Shown piece after piece: positions 1 to 9,303 of a DNA stretch of 39,868 nt. A program made the translations under genes and the position numbers. Origin of the DNA: Planctomycetota bacterium. Lineage in GTDB: Bacteria; Planctomycetota; UBA11346. Under the pieces are notes generated by a model. The model did no database searches and had not been told where the DNA came from. It saw only the letters and a program-made list of their open reading frames with translations. The stretch covers positions 1 to 39,868 of the forward strand of contig JBBRLJ010000046.1 in NCBI GenBank assembly GCA_038231435.1, in the 5' to 3' direction. Each line of letters starts with the position of its first letter. Position 1 is the stretch's first letter.

Positions 1-290
1 AAACAGCGGGCGCCGAGGGGCGGTGGGCGGATACAATGGCCGCAGGCCATCCGCCCACGATTTCGTAGCGCAGCGGAGAAATCGAGCCCCGACAAAGCCC
101 GTGGGGTAGGCCCGCCACGGGCCGTAGGGGCGGAGCCCCTGACTAAACAGCGGGCGCCGAGGGGCGGTGGGCGGATACAATGGCCGCAGGCCATCCGCCC
201 ACGATTTCGTAGCGCAGCGGAGAAATCGAGCCCCGACAAAGCCCGTGGGGTAGGCCCGCAACGGGCCGTAGGGGCGGAGCCCCTGACTAA
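1..290. repeat. Tandem pair of a 144-bp structured intergenic repeat (REP/MITE-like), copies A (1-144) and B (145-288)
   Basis: The two units are identical except C116/A260. Each has nested inverted repeats (GTGGGCGGAT/ATCCGCCCAC, GATTTC/GAAATC, GGCCCG/CGGGCC, AGGGGC-GGA-GCCCCT). The array may continue upstream of the window. Confidence 0.9.
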
Positions 291-1351
291 CTGGGAAAGT
301 CGAGCTTCACTTCCCGCTTCTCGGCGGCGCTCTGGTAGATGCCATCCAGGATCGCCTGGATCGCCACGCCGTCGTCGCCGGTGCACGAGCAGGTCGCCTC
401 GCCGCGCAGGCACTTGGCGAAATGCTGGAAGCGGCTGTCCCAGATCGAGCGGTCGTAGCCGATCGCGGTGGTGGTGATGGCGTTGTCGAACTCGCCGTAG
501 AGCTCGACCTTGTCGCCGTCCCAGCTCGCGCCGCCCTTGTCGCCCATGATCAGCGACTTGGGATTCTCGTCCGGACGGTTGGCGGCCCAGCTGACCTCGA
601 CCTGCATGGTCGCGCCGTTCTCGAAGCGCACGAAGCCGCAGGCGAAGTCCTCGGTATCGCATGTGCCGCCGAGCTTGCGCGGACCGGCCCACATGCCTTC
701 GCAGACGTACTTCTCGATGTTGCCGAACTTCGCGTACGCGGCTCCGGACACCGCCACCGGCTTCGGGCGACCCATCAGGAACCAGGTGCGGTCGAGGACG
801 TGGATGCCGATGTCGTAGCACGGCCCACCGCCGGCGAGCGCCTTGGTGGTGAACCAGCCGCCCATGCCGGGGATGCCGCGGCGGCGGATCCACGCCGCCT
901 TGGCGTGGTAGATGTCGCCGAACATGCCCTTGTCGCGCAACCGCGCGATCTCCTGCGCGGGCGCGTCGAAACGCTGGTTGAAGCCCATCATCAGCAGCTT
1001 GCCGCTGTCGCGGGCGGCCTTGCGCATCTCGATCGCCGCGGCCAGGCTGGTGGCGGGCGGCTTCTCGCACAGCACGGACAGCCCGGCCTTGAGCGCCTCG
1101 ATCGCGACCGGGGCGTGCAAGCTGTTGGGCGTGCACACGCTGACGGCGTCGAGCTTCTCGGCAGCGCGCATCTCGGCGAAGGTGGCGAAGGTCTTGAGGT
1201 TGAACTTCTCGGCCGCGCGCGTGCGCGCCGGCTCGAACGGATCGGCGAGCGCCACCACCTCGCAGCCGGCACCGCGCATGCCTTCGATGTGCGAGGCCGC
1301 GATAGCGCCTCCGCCGACGATGCCGATGCGCTTGAGAGCGGGAGCTGCCAT
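287..1351 (-). CDS. Gfo/Idh/MocA family NAD(P)-dependent oxidoreductase
   Basis: N-terminal Rossmann motif IGIVGGGAIA, VLCEKPP, GFNQRF and GGG..DIGIH motifs; GGAGG/AGG-type SD upstream. Confidence 0.92.
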   Translation of the reverse strand: MAAPALKRIGIVGGGAIAASHIEGMRGAGCEVVALADPFEPARTRAAEKFNLKTFATFAEMRAAEKLDAVSVCTPNSLHAPVAIEALKAGLSVLCEKPPATSLAAAIEMRKAARDSGKLLMMGFNQRFDAPAQEIARLRDKGMFGDIYHAKAAWIRRRGIPGMGGWFTTKALAGGGPCYDIGIHVLDRTWFLMGRPKPVAVSGAAYAKFGNIEKYVCEGMWAGPRKLGGTCDTEDFACGFVRFENGATMQVEVSWAANRPDENPKSLIMGDKGGASWDGDKVELYGEFDNAITTTAIGYDRSIWDSRFQHFAKCLRGEATCSCTGDDGVAIQAILDGIYQSAAEKREVKLDFPS

Positions 1352-1463
1352 GGAGGACCTCTTAGTGATGGGACAGGTAGTGGGACGTGGTTTGAGAGAG
1401 CGGCGGATTGTTGGACGCGAGTCGTCGATGCAACGGATCTCCGCGAAGCCGCGAAGGAGAATG

Positions 1464-3500
1464 CTAAAAACGCAGGCGCAGGGACTGTTCGCCCTTCTTC
1501 TTCAGCTCGACGCGCAGGCCCGTCGCAGGATCGTAGGCGAACTTCTGCTGCTTGCCGTCGACCAGCACGCTCGTGGGCTCGCGCTTGCACCAGGCGACGA
1601 AGCTGCCGCCGTCGCGCAGCGTGATCGTGTAGTCCTGACCATCCCACCGCTTCGCGATGATCGCGCCCGCGCTGTTGAACTTGTCGGCGAGGCCGATCGC
1701 CGCGATCTCGCCATCGATCGGCACGAAGGTGAAGACCTCGGCGGCGAGCTCGGGCAGCGTCACCGGCAGGCTGGCGTCCGCGCGGATCACGGCGAGCGAG
1801 CGCGCGTGGTGCGCGTACACGGCGAATCGATCGCCCTCGAGGCCCGGCACGTCGCTCGGTGAGACGCTGCCGGCGATCGCCTTGCGCTCCTTCTCATCTG
1901 CGTGGTAGCGGGCGTTGAAGGCCGCGACCACTCCGGACTCGAGGTTGCGGTTGAATATCTTCAGCAGCACGTCTTCCCTGGTCGGATCATGGAAGAAGCA
2001 GTCGAGCGTCGGACGCCCGATGTCCAATGCACGCAGCACGGTGCCGTCGGAGAGCACCAGCTTGCGCAGGAGCGCGGCGTCGTGGCTCCCAGGCTTGTCC
2101 GAGACGTACACCGGGCAGCCGCTCACCGCGCGACCCGCGGCGTGGTAAGCGCCCATCGGATGGCCCGACTGGAACATGTCCCAATCAGGATGGGTGAACT
2201 CGCCGAACCACGCGCTGACCTGGGCATTGGTGTAGAGGTGCCCGCCGTGGGATGCCGGCAGGTTCGGCCAGAAATCGGTCGAGGTGCGGGTCAAGGTCGA
2301 CGACGCCGCGCTGTAGAACATCTCGTTCGCGCACGACATGCAGTTGATGAGGTTGCCGTCGAAGTGCACGTTCACCGAGCCTTCGAGCGCCTCGCGATAG
2401 GCATGCATGAGCGCGACCCGGCCGCCGAGTGCGAAGCCAAGCCCCTCGGTCGCGGCCTGGTTGTCCACCTTCACCCCGTCGACGCCCTGCGCGCGCAGGT
2501 GGCGGTGGTAGTCGTGATAGAAGCGGTGGATCGCCGCGGGCGGCACCAGCCCGACCAGCGGGCCCCACCAATCGACGTTCATGTGCGCGCCGTGGCTCAG
2601 GATGCCCTGGCCGTACGAGCGCGGCTGTTCGCGGACCTCGTAACCGGGCAGCGCCGCGCCGTCGACGCCTCCCCAGTAGCCGTGCACCGCGTGCCAGACC
2701 AGGAAGGTCTCGATGCCGAACTCGTCCTTGGCCATGCGCACCGTCGGCGCGAGATCGCCGGGGAATTTCGCGTTCGCGGGGAAGCCGGTGAGGCGGCGCT
2801 CGCCCGTCGGCATGGTGCGCTCGGTCTGCCAGCCATCGTCGAGGATGAGCAGTCGAGGCACGACACCGATCTTCTCGAAGCTCGCCAGACCCTCGCGCAC
2901 CTTGGCGTGCGAGACCTCCTGGTAGAAGGCGTCCCAGGTGCACCAGCCAAAGGCATCGCTGAATGCCGGCAGCGGCTTGTCGACGCGCAGGCGCCCGCGG
3001 CCGAGCCGTGCAGACACCGCCGGCGCCGAGCGCGCGATCACCTCGTACGGATCGGCGCCCACGGCGATGAAGAGGGAGAGTGCCGACGAACCCGGGGTGA
3101 GCGCATCGCCGCTCTCGACCACCAGCGCAAGCTCGTCGCCCTTCGCCTGCAGCGAGGCGCGGAACGGCGAGTCGATGAGCGGCACCAGCAGCGCCACGCG
3201 CCCGCCACCGAGCTCGAGCACCAGCACCTGGGTCTCGGCCGGCACCTGCGAGATCGCGGTGCCAGCGGCCGGCTTCATCCAGAACGGCTCGTAGCGATGG
3301 CAGCAGGTGAAGCGCTCGAGGCCGGCGGGCTTGCCGAGCGACACCACCCAGCGCGATGTGGAGCCCGATTGGCCCGCGCGCAGGAACACGCCTTCGTCGC
3401 CCACGGCCTGCTTTTCGAGCGTCACACCATCCGCAACACCGCTGAAGAGCCTGGTGCCGGAAACGGTGAGGACGCCCTTGACGATCGACGAAGTAGCCAT
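1464..3500 (-). CDS. Sip1/raffinose-synthase-like glycoside hydrolase family 36 (alpha-galactosidase)
   Basis: Motifs FGWCTWDAFY, LILDDGWQ, WHAVHGYWGG, GVDGVKVDNQ, HPDWDMFQS, GCPVYVSDKPG. Start moved to ATG 3500 (MATSSIV). Confidence 0.9.
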   Translation of the reverse strand: MATSSIVKGVLTVSGTRLFSGVADGVTLEKQAVGDEGVFLRAGQSGSTSRWVVSLGKPAGLERFTCCHRYEPFWMKPAAGTAISQVPAETQVLVLELGGGRVALLVPLIDSPFRASLQAKGDELALVVESGDALTPGSSALSLFIAVGADPYEVIARSAPAVSARLGRGRLRVDKPLPAFSDAFGWCTWDAFYQEVSHAKVREGLASFEKIGVVPRLLILDDGWQTERTMPTGERRLTGFPANAKFPGDLAPTVRMAKDEFGIETFLVWHAVHGYWGGVDGAALPGYEVREQPRSYGQGILSHGAHMNVDWWGPLVGLVPPAAIHRFYHDYHRHLRAQGVDGVKVDNQAATEGLGFALGGRVALMHAYREALEGSVNVHFDGNLINCMSCANEMFYSAASSTLTRTSTDFWPNLPASHGGHLYTNAQVSAWFGEFTHPDWDMFQSGHPMGAYHAAGRAVSGCPVYVSDKPGSHDAALLRKLVLSDGTVLRALDIGRPTLDCFFHDPTREDVLLKIFNRNLESGVVAAFNARYHADEKERKAIAGSVSPSDVPGLEGDRFAVYAHHARSLAVIRADASLPVTLPELAAEVFTFVPIDGEIAAIGLADKFNSAGAIIAKRWDGQDYTITLRDGGSFVAWCKREPTSVLVDGKQQKFAYDPATGLRVELKKKGEQSLRLRF

Positions 3501-3646
3501 GCGCGCATGCTGACACCAGCGACGAGGTGTCCAGGGCGGACGTCCGGTTCGGACCGGCTCCGTGCTGGACGTCCGTAGTGGCCGCCACGGTTTTTCCATG
3601 GCGCGGCGCCGCGTGCGGGTATCGAAGGCGGTCCAAGGGGATCATC

Positions 3647-4090
3647 ATGCCTATACCTACCGTCGGCTCGCCCGCCTCGTGGCCCGAAGGAATCACCAAC
3701 CAGGACGGCAAGCCCGTGAAGCTGAAAGACTTCGCCGGCAAGAACGTGCTGGTCTACTTCTATCCCATGGACGACACGCCCGGTTGCACGATCGAGGCCT
3801 GCAACTTCCGCGATCACCGCGCGAAGTTCCCCAATACCGTCATCTTCGGTGCGAGCGTGGACGACGCGGCGAGCCACAAGGCGTTCATCGCCAAGTTCAA
3901 CCTCCCCTTCGACCTGCTGGTCGACACCAAGGACCGCGCGCTGGCCAAGGCCTTCGGGGCACTGCCTGACGGCGCCTCCAAGACCAGCCGCAGCAGCGTG
4001 CTCATCGGCACCGACGGCAAGATCAAGGCGGTGTGGCCAAAGGTGGACGCGAAGACGCACTACCAGGAGGTCGAGAAGGCGGTTTCCTGA
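3647..4090 (+). CDS. bcp: Peroxiredoxin, BCP/PrxQ subfamily
   Basis: YFYPMDDTPGCTIEACNFRD (PxxxTxxC with a CxxxxC pair); start at ATG 3647 after AAGGGG SD. Confidence 0.92.
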   Translation: MPIPTVGSPASWPEGITNQDGKPVKLKDFAGKNVLVYFYPMDDTPGCTIEACNFRDHRAKFPNTVIFGASVDDAASHKAFIAKFNLPFDLLVDTKDRALAKAFGALPDGASKTSRSSVLIGTDGKIKAVWPKVDAKTHYQEVEKAVS

Positions 4091-4135
4091 GCCCCTTCCA
4101 CGAGAACCTTCCCGCGACCGGCCCCCGTCGGCCTA

Positions 4136-4164
4136 TTGCCCGAGCGGGTGACCATAGATAGCGT
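4136..4164 (+). promoter_or_regulatory. Putative sigma70 promoter of tRNA-Ser
   Basis: TTGCCC-N17-TAGCGT, about 40 bp upstream of the tRNA. Confidence 0.55.
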
Positions 4165-4203
4165 GTCGCTCCGCTCCGACTCGGCGACGAGTCGGGACGA
4201 CAT

Positions 4204-4293
4204 GGAAAGGTGGCAGAGCGGCTGAACGCGTCGGTTTCGAAAACCGATAGTGTCGAAAGGCACTCGGGGGTTCGAATCCCCCCCTTTCCGCCA
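4204..4293 (+). tRNA. tRNA-Ser (anticodon CGA)
   Basis: Acceptor stem GGAAAGG/CCTTTCC, anticodon arm TCGGT-TTCGAAA-ACCGA, long variable arm, GGTTCGAATCC T-loop, discriminator G, encoded CCA. Confidence 0.97.
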
Positions 4294-4310
4294 ACGGATG
4301 TCCGCCAACG

Positions 4311-4348
4311 GACGAGAAGACCCGCCAACCCTGGCGGGTCTTCTCGTT
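4311..4348. terminator. Strong hairpin downstream of tRNA-Ser (probable terminator)
   Basis: ACGAGAAGACCCGCCA-accc-TGGCGGGTCTTCTCGT, a 16-bp perfect stem with a weak U-tract. Confidence 0.6.
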
Positions 4349-4391
4349 GGTGGAGTCGTCGCTGATCGAACACAACCCGCCCACCCTCCCC

Positions 4392-4513
4392 CGGCCGCCG
4401 AGGCCTGGTTTGCGTGAACAATGGCGAAGCCATCACGCAAATGATCTGGCCCGCAGGGACAGATCGAAGGCCGACAAAGGCCGTGGGGGCCCGGGGGCAC
4501 AGCCCCCGACTAA
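4392..4513. repeat. Structured intergenic repeat, copy C (diverged)
   Basis: Same layout as 1-144: CGGCCGCCGAGGCCT...ACAATGGC-GAA-GCCAT...GATCT/AGATC...CCGACAAAGGCCGTGGGG...GGGGC-ACA-GCCCC-CGACTAA. Confidence 0.8.
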
Positions 4514-4872
4514 CCAGCCAAGCTGTTGCGCAGCACCATCAGGCTCTGAGCGACGGCGCGGTTGGCGCAGGCCACCGAGCAGCGTGCCAGCGCATCGGCG
4601 AGGCGTGGCTTGAGATCAGGAGGGCAGTCGGTCAGCGCCTCGAGCAGCGGCCCTTCGAGGCGCGACCAGGCGACGACAATGGCGGCGCTGTCGCCGCGGT
4701 CGGCGAGGGCGACCAGAGCCTGTTCGACGGCCATGCAGCGGAAGGCGCCGTGGGTCGACAGTACGCGATCAACGCGCACCGTCGTCCCGCGGCTGCGCAT
4801 CATCAGCATCAGCATCAGCGCGACTACCGCCGCGACCACGATCATCACCGCGATGCCGACCACCCACACCAT
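4510..4872 (-). CDS. Hypothetical protein with an N-terminal transmembrane anchor
   Basis: 120-aa ORF with a hydrophobic N-terminus (MVWVVGIAVMIVVAAVVALMLMLMM); TAGGCT lies 6 nt before the ATG. Confidence 0.65.
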   Translation of the reverse strand: MVWVVGIAVMIVVAAVVALMLMLMMRSRGTTVRVDRVLSTHGAFRCMAVEQALVALADRGDSAAIVVAWSRLEGPLLEALTDCPPDLKPRLADALARCSVACANRAVAQSLMVLRNSLAG

Positions 4873-4934
4873 GGGACCAGCCTAGCCGTGTCCGTCCGCG
4901 CCACCACGGCTGCCGTCGCCTGGCGATGCGGGCA

Positions 4935-7118
4935 TCATCGTGATGACGGTCGCCGAGCGATAGCGGAGGCCGAGGAGGAGAAGGCGGCCTCGCGACGTGA
5001 CGGCCGCAGCCTGCCCACCTCGCGGGCGAGTTCAGAAATTCCCGCTCGCCGCGACGGCTCGTCGGGCCAAGCGCCGTAGCGGATCCGCGCATAGCCGTCG
5101 GCGATGCGCTCGATGCGCTCGGCGTGGCGCGGCAGCAGCGCGCACGCACGGCGCGAGAAATCCCGCGGCCCCTCGCTGGCGGCGCGTTCGACGCCGACGC
5201 GTGCCAGGCGCGCGCAGAACGCCGCGTACACCGCCACCGCCGGGTCGCGGGCGCGCCGGCGCCGGCGCATCGTCGCCATCACCGCGAGCAGCAGCAGCAG
5301 CACGGATCCGAACAGCAGGCCGATCGCGGCGATCGCGCCCCATCCAGCCAGGCCGAGCCGTCCGAGCAGGGCCAGCAGCGATTCGCTGTCGTACGCCAGC
5401 GCCCACTGGTCCCAACGCGATTCGACGTAGTCGTACCAGTGCGAGAAGGTGCGCATGTGGCGCGCGAACCACCCCTGGTCGAGTCGCGAGGCGTTGAACG
5501 CGGCCGGATCCCCCTGCTGGTCCTGGGGGATGACGTTGCCCTGGTCGTCGAGCGCGGTCGCGTAGCGCGTGGGATCGACGCGGCGCCAGCCTTCTCCGTC
5601 GATCCAGATCTCGCTCCAGGCATGGGCGTTGGATTGGCGCACGGTGAGGAAACCGCCGACCTGGTTGATTTCGCCGCCGTAATAGCCGACGACCACCCGC
5701 GACGGGACCTTCGCCAAGCGCATCAGCAGGCTGAAGGCGGCTGCGTAGTGTTCGCAGAATCCACGCTTCCGCTCGAACAAGAAGGTGAACATGGGATTCG
5801 GGCCCATGGTTCCCGGCGAGAGCGTGTAGATGAAGTTGTTTGCGCTGAACCAGTCGAGCGCCGCGGCGCAGATCTTGGCGTTGTCGAGAATCTCATCGCC
5901 ATGCGCATCGCGTTCATGGGTCAAGCCGGCGGCGTGGAAGGTGTCGGCCAACTGACGGACCTGCTCGTGCACCCCGCCGTTCACCTGGAGGTATTCGGGA
6001 TGGACGAAGCCGTCGCTCTGCTTGTGGTGCGGGAGCCCGCGCAAGTCCTGCGGCACGGCCTGCGGATTGGACCGCCCGCTGTACATGCGCGTGCTGCCGA
6101 TGACTTCGCCCGACTCGAAGACATAGCCGTCCTTCTGATTGTAGCCGTTATTCTGGTTATCGGCTGCGCTCGGACCGACCTGTCCGAGCGGGCAATCGAG
6201 CGAGTAGATCCAGCTCTGGTTCTGCGGCTGCAGCGTGATGGTGTAGGCGACGTCCGCGGGCCCGCTCGCCACCGGCGGCAGCTTCTCCACGCGGTCGGCG
6301 CTCTCCCGACGCTCGCCACGCGATTCACGGCCCCACTTCGCGCCGTCGGTGCGCCACAGGATCACGCCCCGCCAGAAGCAGTCGTTTGGAGCCGGCGGCG
6401 TGCCCTCGGTGAACTCGACGCGGAAAGCCGGCGCGCTGCTCTTCGCCACCGAGGCCATGCTGCCGGGCTCGAGCAGATCGCTCACACCGGTTATCGCCGA
6501 CGAGCGGTCGAGACCCGGACTGATCGGCGGGCGCGGCACGAACAGGAAGAGCACGATCGCGAACGGCAGGGCCTGTCCGGTGATCACCGCCGCGGTGCGC
6601 AAGCTGCGCCAGAACGTGCGCACCGGCCGCGCATCCGAGAATCCGGACCCGATCGGGCCGACGACATGGAACTGGACCAGCACGCCGAGGATGGCGAGCG
6701 TCGACGCCAGTGCGAACAGGCACTGCACCAGCGACTGCGATGCCAGCAGCTGCGCCGATACCAGGAACATCGCGATGAAGCAGGTGCGCAGGAAGTCGCG
6801 CGATGAATGCAGCTCGAGCAGCTTGCACCACAGCAGCACGATGAAGGCCGGCCCGGCGCCATCGATGCCGGCGCCGAGATGCCCCGTCGCCCACAGCGGC
6901 ACCATGAAGGCGATCAGCAGCAGCGTGATCGTGCGCTTGCCGATGCGCGGCGACGCCTGCCCGAGCCACGAACGGCGCAACCGCCACGCGCCGAGCACGG
7001 CGAGCGGCAACGGCAGCCACAGGGGTAACGGATCGTAGAACGCGAGCGTGGCCAGGCTCATGCCGCCCACCAAGGCGAGCAGGGTCGAGAAGCGCAGCTC
7101 GAAGGCGGGCGCGCTCAT
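4935..7118 (-). CDS. tgpA: Transglutaminase-like membrane protein (DUF3488 + transglutaminase + DUF4129; TgpA family)
   Basis: Multi-TM N-terminus, GFCEHYA, NAHAWSEIWIDGEGWRRVDPT; ATG overlaps the DUF58 stop (ATGA). Confidence 0.88.
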   Translation of the reverse strand: MSAPAFELRFSTLLALVGGMSLATLAFYDPLPLWLPLPLAVLGAWRLRRSWLGQASPRIGKRTITLLLIAFMVPLWATGHLGAGIDGAGPAFIVLLWCKLLELHSSRDFLRTCFIAMFLVSAQLLASQSLVQCLFALASTLAILGVLVQFHVVGPIGSGFSDARPVRTFWRSLRTAAVITGQALPFAIVLFLFVPRPPISPGLDRSSAITGVSDLLEPGSMASVAKSSAPAFRVEFTEGTPPAPNDCFWRGVILWRTDGAKWGRESRGERRESADRVEKLPPVASGPADVAYTITLQPQNQSWIYSLDCPLGQVGPSAADNQNNGYNQKDGYVFESGEVIGSTRMYSGRSNPQAVPQDLRGLPHHKQSDGFVHPEYLQVNGGVHEQVRQLADTFHAAGLTHERDAHGDEILDNAKICAAALDWFSANNFIYTLSPGTMGPNPMFTFLFERKRGFCEHYAAAFSLLMRLAKVPSRVVVGYYGGEINQVGGFLTVRQSNAHAWSEIWIDGEGWRRVDPTRYATALDDQGNVIPQDQQGDPAAFNASRLDQGWFARHMRTFSHWYDYVESRWDQWALAYDSESLLALLGRLGLAGWGAIAAIGLLFGSVLLLLLAVMATMRRRRRARDPAVAVYAAFCARLARVGVERAASEGPRDFSRRACALLPRHAERIERIADGYARIRYGAWPDEPSRRAGISELAREVGRLRPSRREAAFSSSASAIARRPSSR

Positions 7119-8206
7119 GCTGGCGCCTCCAAGGATGTGGACTCGCCAGACGCCACCGGCGGTTCGATGATGACCTCGCCGTCCGCCGCGCGCGGATGCA
7201 GGGCCAGTGCGCGCAGGCAGGCGTGGTAGTGCGAGTTGCCCATGGCAGGAGCGATCGCCGAACCAGGAATTCGCAGCCCGTAGCGGAAGCCTGCCCGATG
7301 CGCCTCGACGATCCATCGCGCCAACTGGGCCAGGCGCGACTCGACATCGCCGCTCGCGGCTGACCAGTCGCACCACACCAGGCCGCCGCCAGCGCCGACG
7401 AATTCCTTCACCAGCAGCGATCGCCCACGCGCGTGCGCCTTCCAATCGATGTGGTGCTGCGAATCGCCGGGCTGGTAGCGACGATGGCCGTTGAAGTCGT
7501 CTCCTCCGCGCCGCTGGCCCCCGTCGTCACCACCTTCGCTGCCGGTCTGGACGCGCGCGATGCGTTCGCCGCTCGGGCGGGGATAGACCACCCCATCGGT
7601 CGTCACCGGCAGATCGCGCCACGCCTCGATCAACCCGAGCGGGAAGGAGGTAGCGACGCGCATCCGCGCGTACGACCAGGCGCCGCGCGCACGCGGCGGC
7701 AGCTCGACCGTGATGCTGGCAGAAGCGAGGCCGCCCACGCGCATGGCGTTCACTACGCGTTCGGCACCAATGGCTGGCACCGGTTCGGCGTCGGGCAGCG
7801 TCACCGAGATCCCACAGGCATCGGCGCCTTGGCTGTTCGCGAGCACGATGCCGAAGCGGATGGGCTCGTCGGCGAACACCGGGGCCGCGGGCGACGCCAT
7901 CGCTGAGATGCCGGCAAGGTTGCGCCGCGCGTGCAGGCCCGACAGCGCCGCCGCCGACACGATCGCGAATACCAGGCCCCACGCCGCGTTGCTCTGGTAG
8001 TTGATGGCCGCCACCAGCATCAACATCACCACCACACCCAGGCCCTGGCTGTGGCGGGTGAGGCGCATGTGGATGGCCGACGGCTCTTTTGAGACCATTG
8101 GCAGTGAAGGCTCCGAGGACGATGGACCGTCGCCACGCCCCGGCGCCGCGAGCGCGATTCCCGATCCGTTTGCGGATGCGCTTCCCGATGTGATGGCGGA
8201 CTGCAT
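7115..8206 (-). CDS. DUF58 domain-containing protein
   Basis: FPLGL, DDFNGHRRYQPGDSQHHIDWKAHAR..LLVKEF; sits between moxR and tgpA; AGGAG SD before ATG 8206. Confidence 0.88.
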   Translation of the reverse strand: MQSAITSGSASANGSGIALAAPGRGDGPSSSEPSLPMVSKEPSAIHMRLTRHSQGLGVVVMLMLVAAINYQSNAAWGLVFAIVSAAALSGLHARRNLAGISAMASPAAPVFADEPIRFGIVLANSQGADACGISVTLPDAEPVPAIGAERVVNAMRVGGLASASITVELPPRARGAWSYARMRVATSFPLGLIEAWRDLPVTTDGVVYPRPSGERIARVQTGSEGGDDGGQRRGGDDFNGHRRYQPGDSQHHIDWKAHARGRSLLVKEFVGAGGGLVWCDWSAASGDVESRLAQLARWIVEAHRAGFRYGLRIPGSAIAPAMGNSHYHACLRALALHPRAADGEVIIEPPVASGESTSLEAPA

Positions 8207-8244
8207 GGGATCTCCTGCTCGCGCCGGCGGCGCGAGAAGCCGGA

Positions 8245-9303
8245 TCAGGCCACCGGCACCTTCGAGATCACGGTCTGAGCGCGCGCGCGACCGTCGCCGC
8301 CGTCGATGCCCGCGAGCCGATGGGCCATCACCGACGGGGCCACCGCCTGCACGTCCTCGGGCAGCACCATGACTCGGCCAGCCATCAGCGCCCACGCCTG
8401 GGCGGCGTGCTGCAGCGCCAGGCCCGCGCGCGGGGAGAGGCCGTGTCCGGAACCGTTGCGCGTGGCGCCGAGCAGGTCGAGCAGGTAGTCACGCAGCGCG
8501 TCCGACACGTGCACGCGCTCACACGCCTCCTGCAGCTTGGCCAGCTGCGCCGCATCGACCACCGCCGGCAGCCCATCGAGTACATGCCGCCGGTCCGGCG
8601 CAGCGAGCATCGCGCGCTCGGCGTCACGATCGGGATAGCCGAGGTCGATGCGCATCAGGAAGCGGTCGAGCTGGGACTCGGGCAGCGGGAAGGTGCCGAT
8701 CTGGAAGGTCGGGTTCTGGGTCGCGATGACGAAGAACGGCGTCGGCAGCGGATGGGTGCGCCCGTCCACCGAGACCTGGCGTTCCTCCATCGCCTCGAGC
8801 AGCGCGCTTTGGGTCTTGGGGGTCGCGCGGTTGACCTCGTCGGCGAGCACCACCTGGGCGAACAACGGCCCGTGGTGGAAGACGAACTCGCCCTTGCCGC
8901 CGGCCGCGTCGCGTTCGAACACCGAGGTGCCGAGGATGTCGGCAGGCAGCAGGTCGCTGGTGAACTGGACGCGCTTGAGCGCGAGGCCGAGGGTACGCGC
9001 GAGCGCGTTCGCCAGGGTGGTCTTGCCGACTCCGGGAACGTCCTCGATCAGCAGGTGCCCGCGCGCGAGCAGGCAGCACAGCGCCAGGCGCAGGGGCTGG
9101 TCCTTGCCCAGGATCACCCGCGACAGCTGGGCGAGCGCCCCGGAGAGCAGGCGCGTGGCGTCGAAGGCGGGGGCCGGCGTCGTCGCAGGACTGGACGCCC
9201 CCGCTGCGCTTCCGGCCGGCGATCCACCCATGGATGAGCCCGGGACCGGCGCGCGTGCGGTCGCGTGGTCGCCTGGTCGGCTCTGGTGCAGGCTGTCCGC
9301 CAT
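8245..9303 (-). CDS. moxR: MoxR family AAA+ ATPase
   Basis: HLLIEDVPGVGKT, RVQFTSDLLPAD, LADEVNRATPKTQSALLEAM, ATQNP, LPESQLDRF; exact start uncertain. Confidence 0.93.
   Translation of the reverse strand: MADSLHQSRPGDHATARAPVPGSSMGGSPAGSAAGASSPATTPAPAFDATRLLSGALAQLSRVILGKDQPLRLALCCLLARGHLLIEDVPGVGKTTLANALARTLGLALKRVQFTSDLLPADILGTSVFERDAAGGKGEFVFHHGPLFAQVVLADEVNRATPKTQSALLEAMEERQVSVDGRTHPLPTPFFVIATQNPTFQIGTFPLPESQLDRFLMRIDLGYPDRDAERAMLAAPDRRHVLDGLPAVVDAAQLAKLQEACERVHVSDALRDYLLDLLGATRNGSGHGLSPRAGLALQHAAQAWALMAGRVMVLPEDVQAVAPSVMAHRLAGIDGGDGRARAQTVISKVPVA

Noticed and set aside
1..290. CRISPR array interpretation of the tandem repeat
   Set aside because: Units are 144 bp and contiguous, with no unique spacers and no cas genes in the window.
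4023..4500. ORFs antisense to tRNA-Ser
   Set aside because: They overlap a canonical tRNA, its terminator and a repeat.
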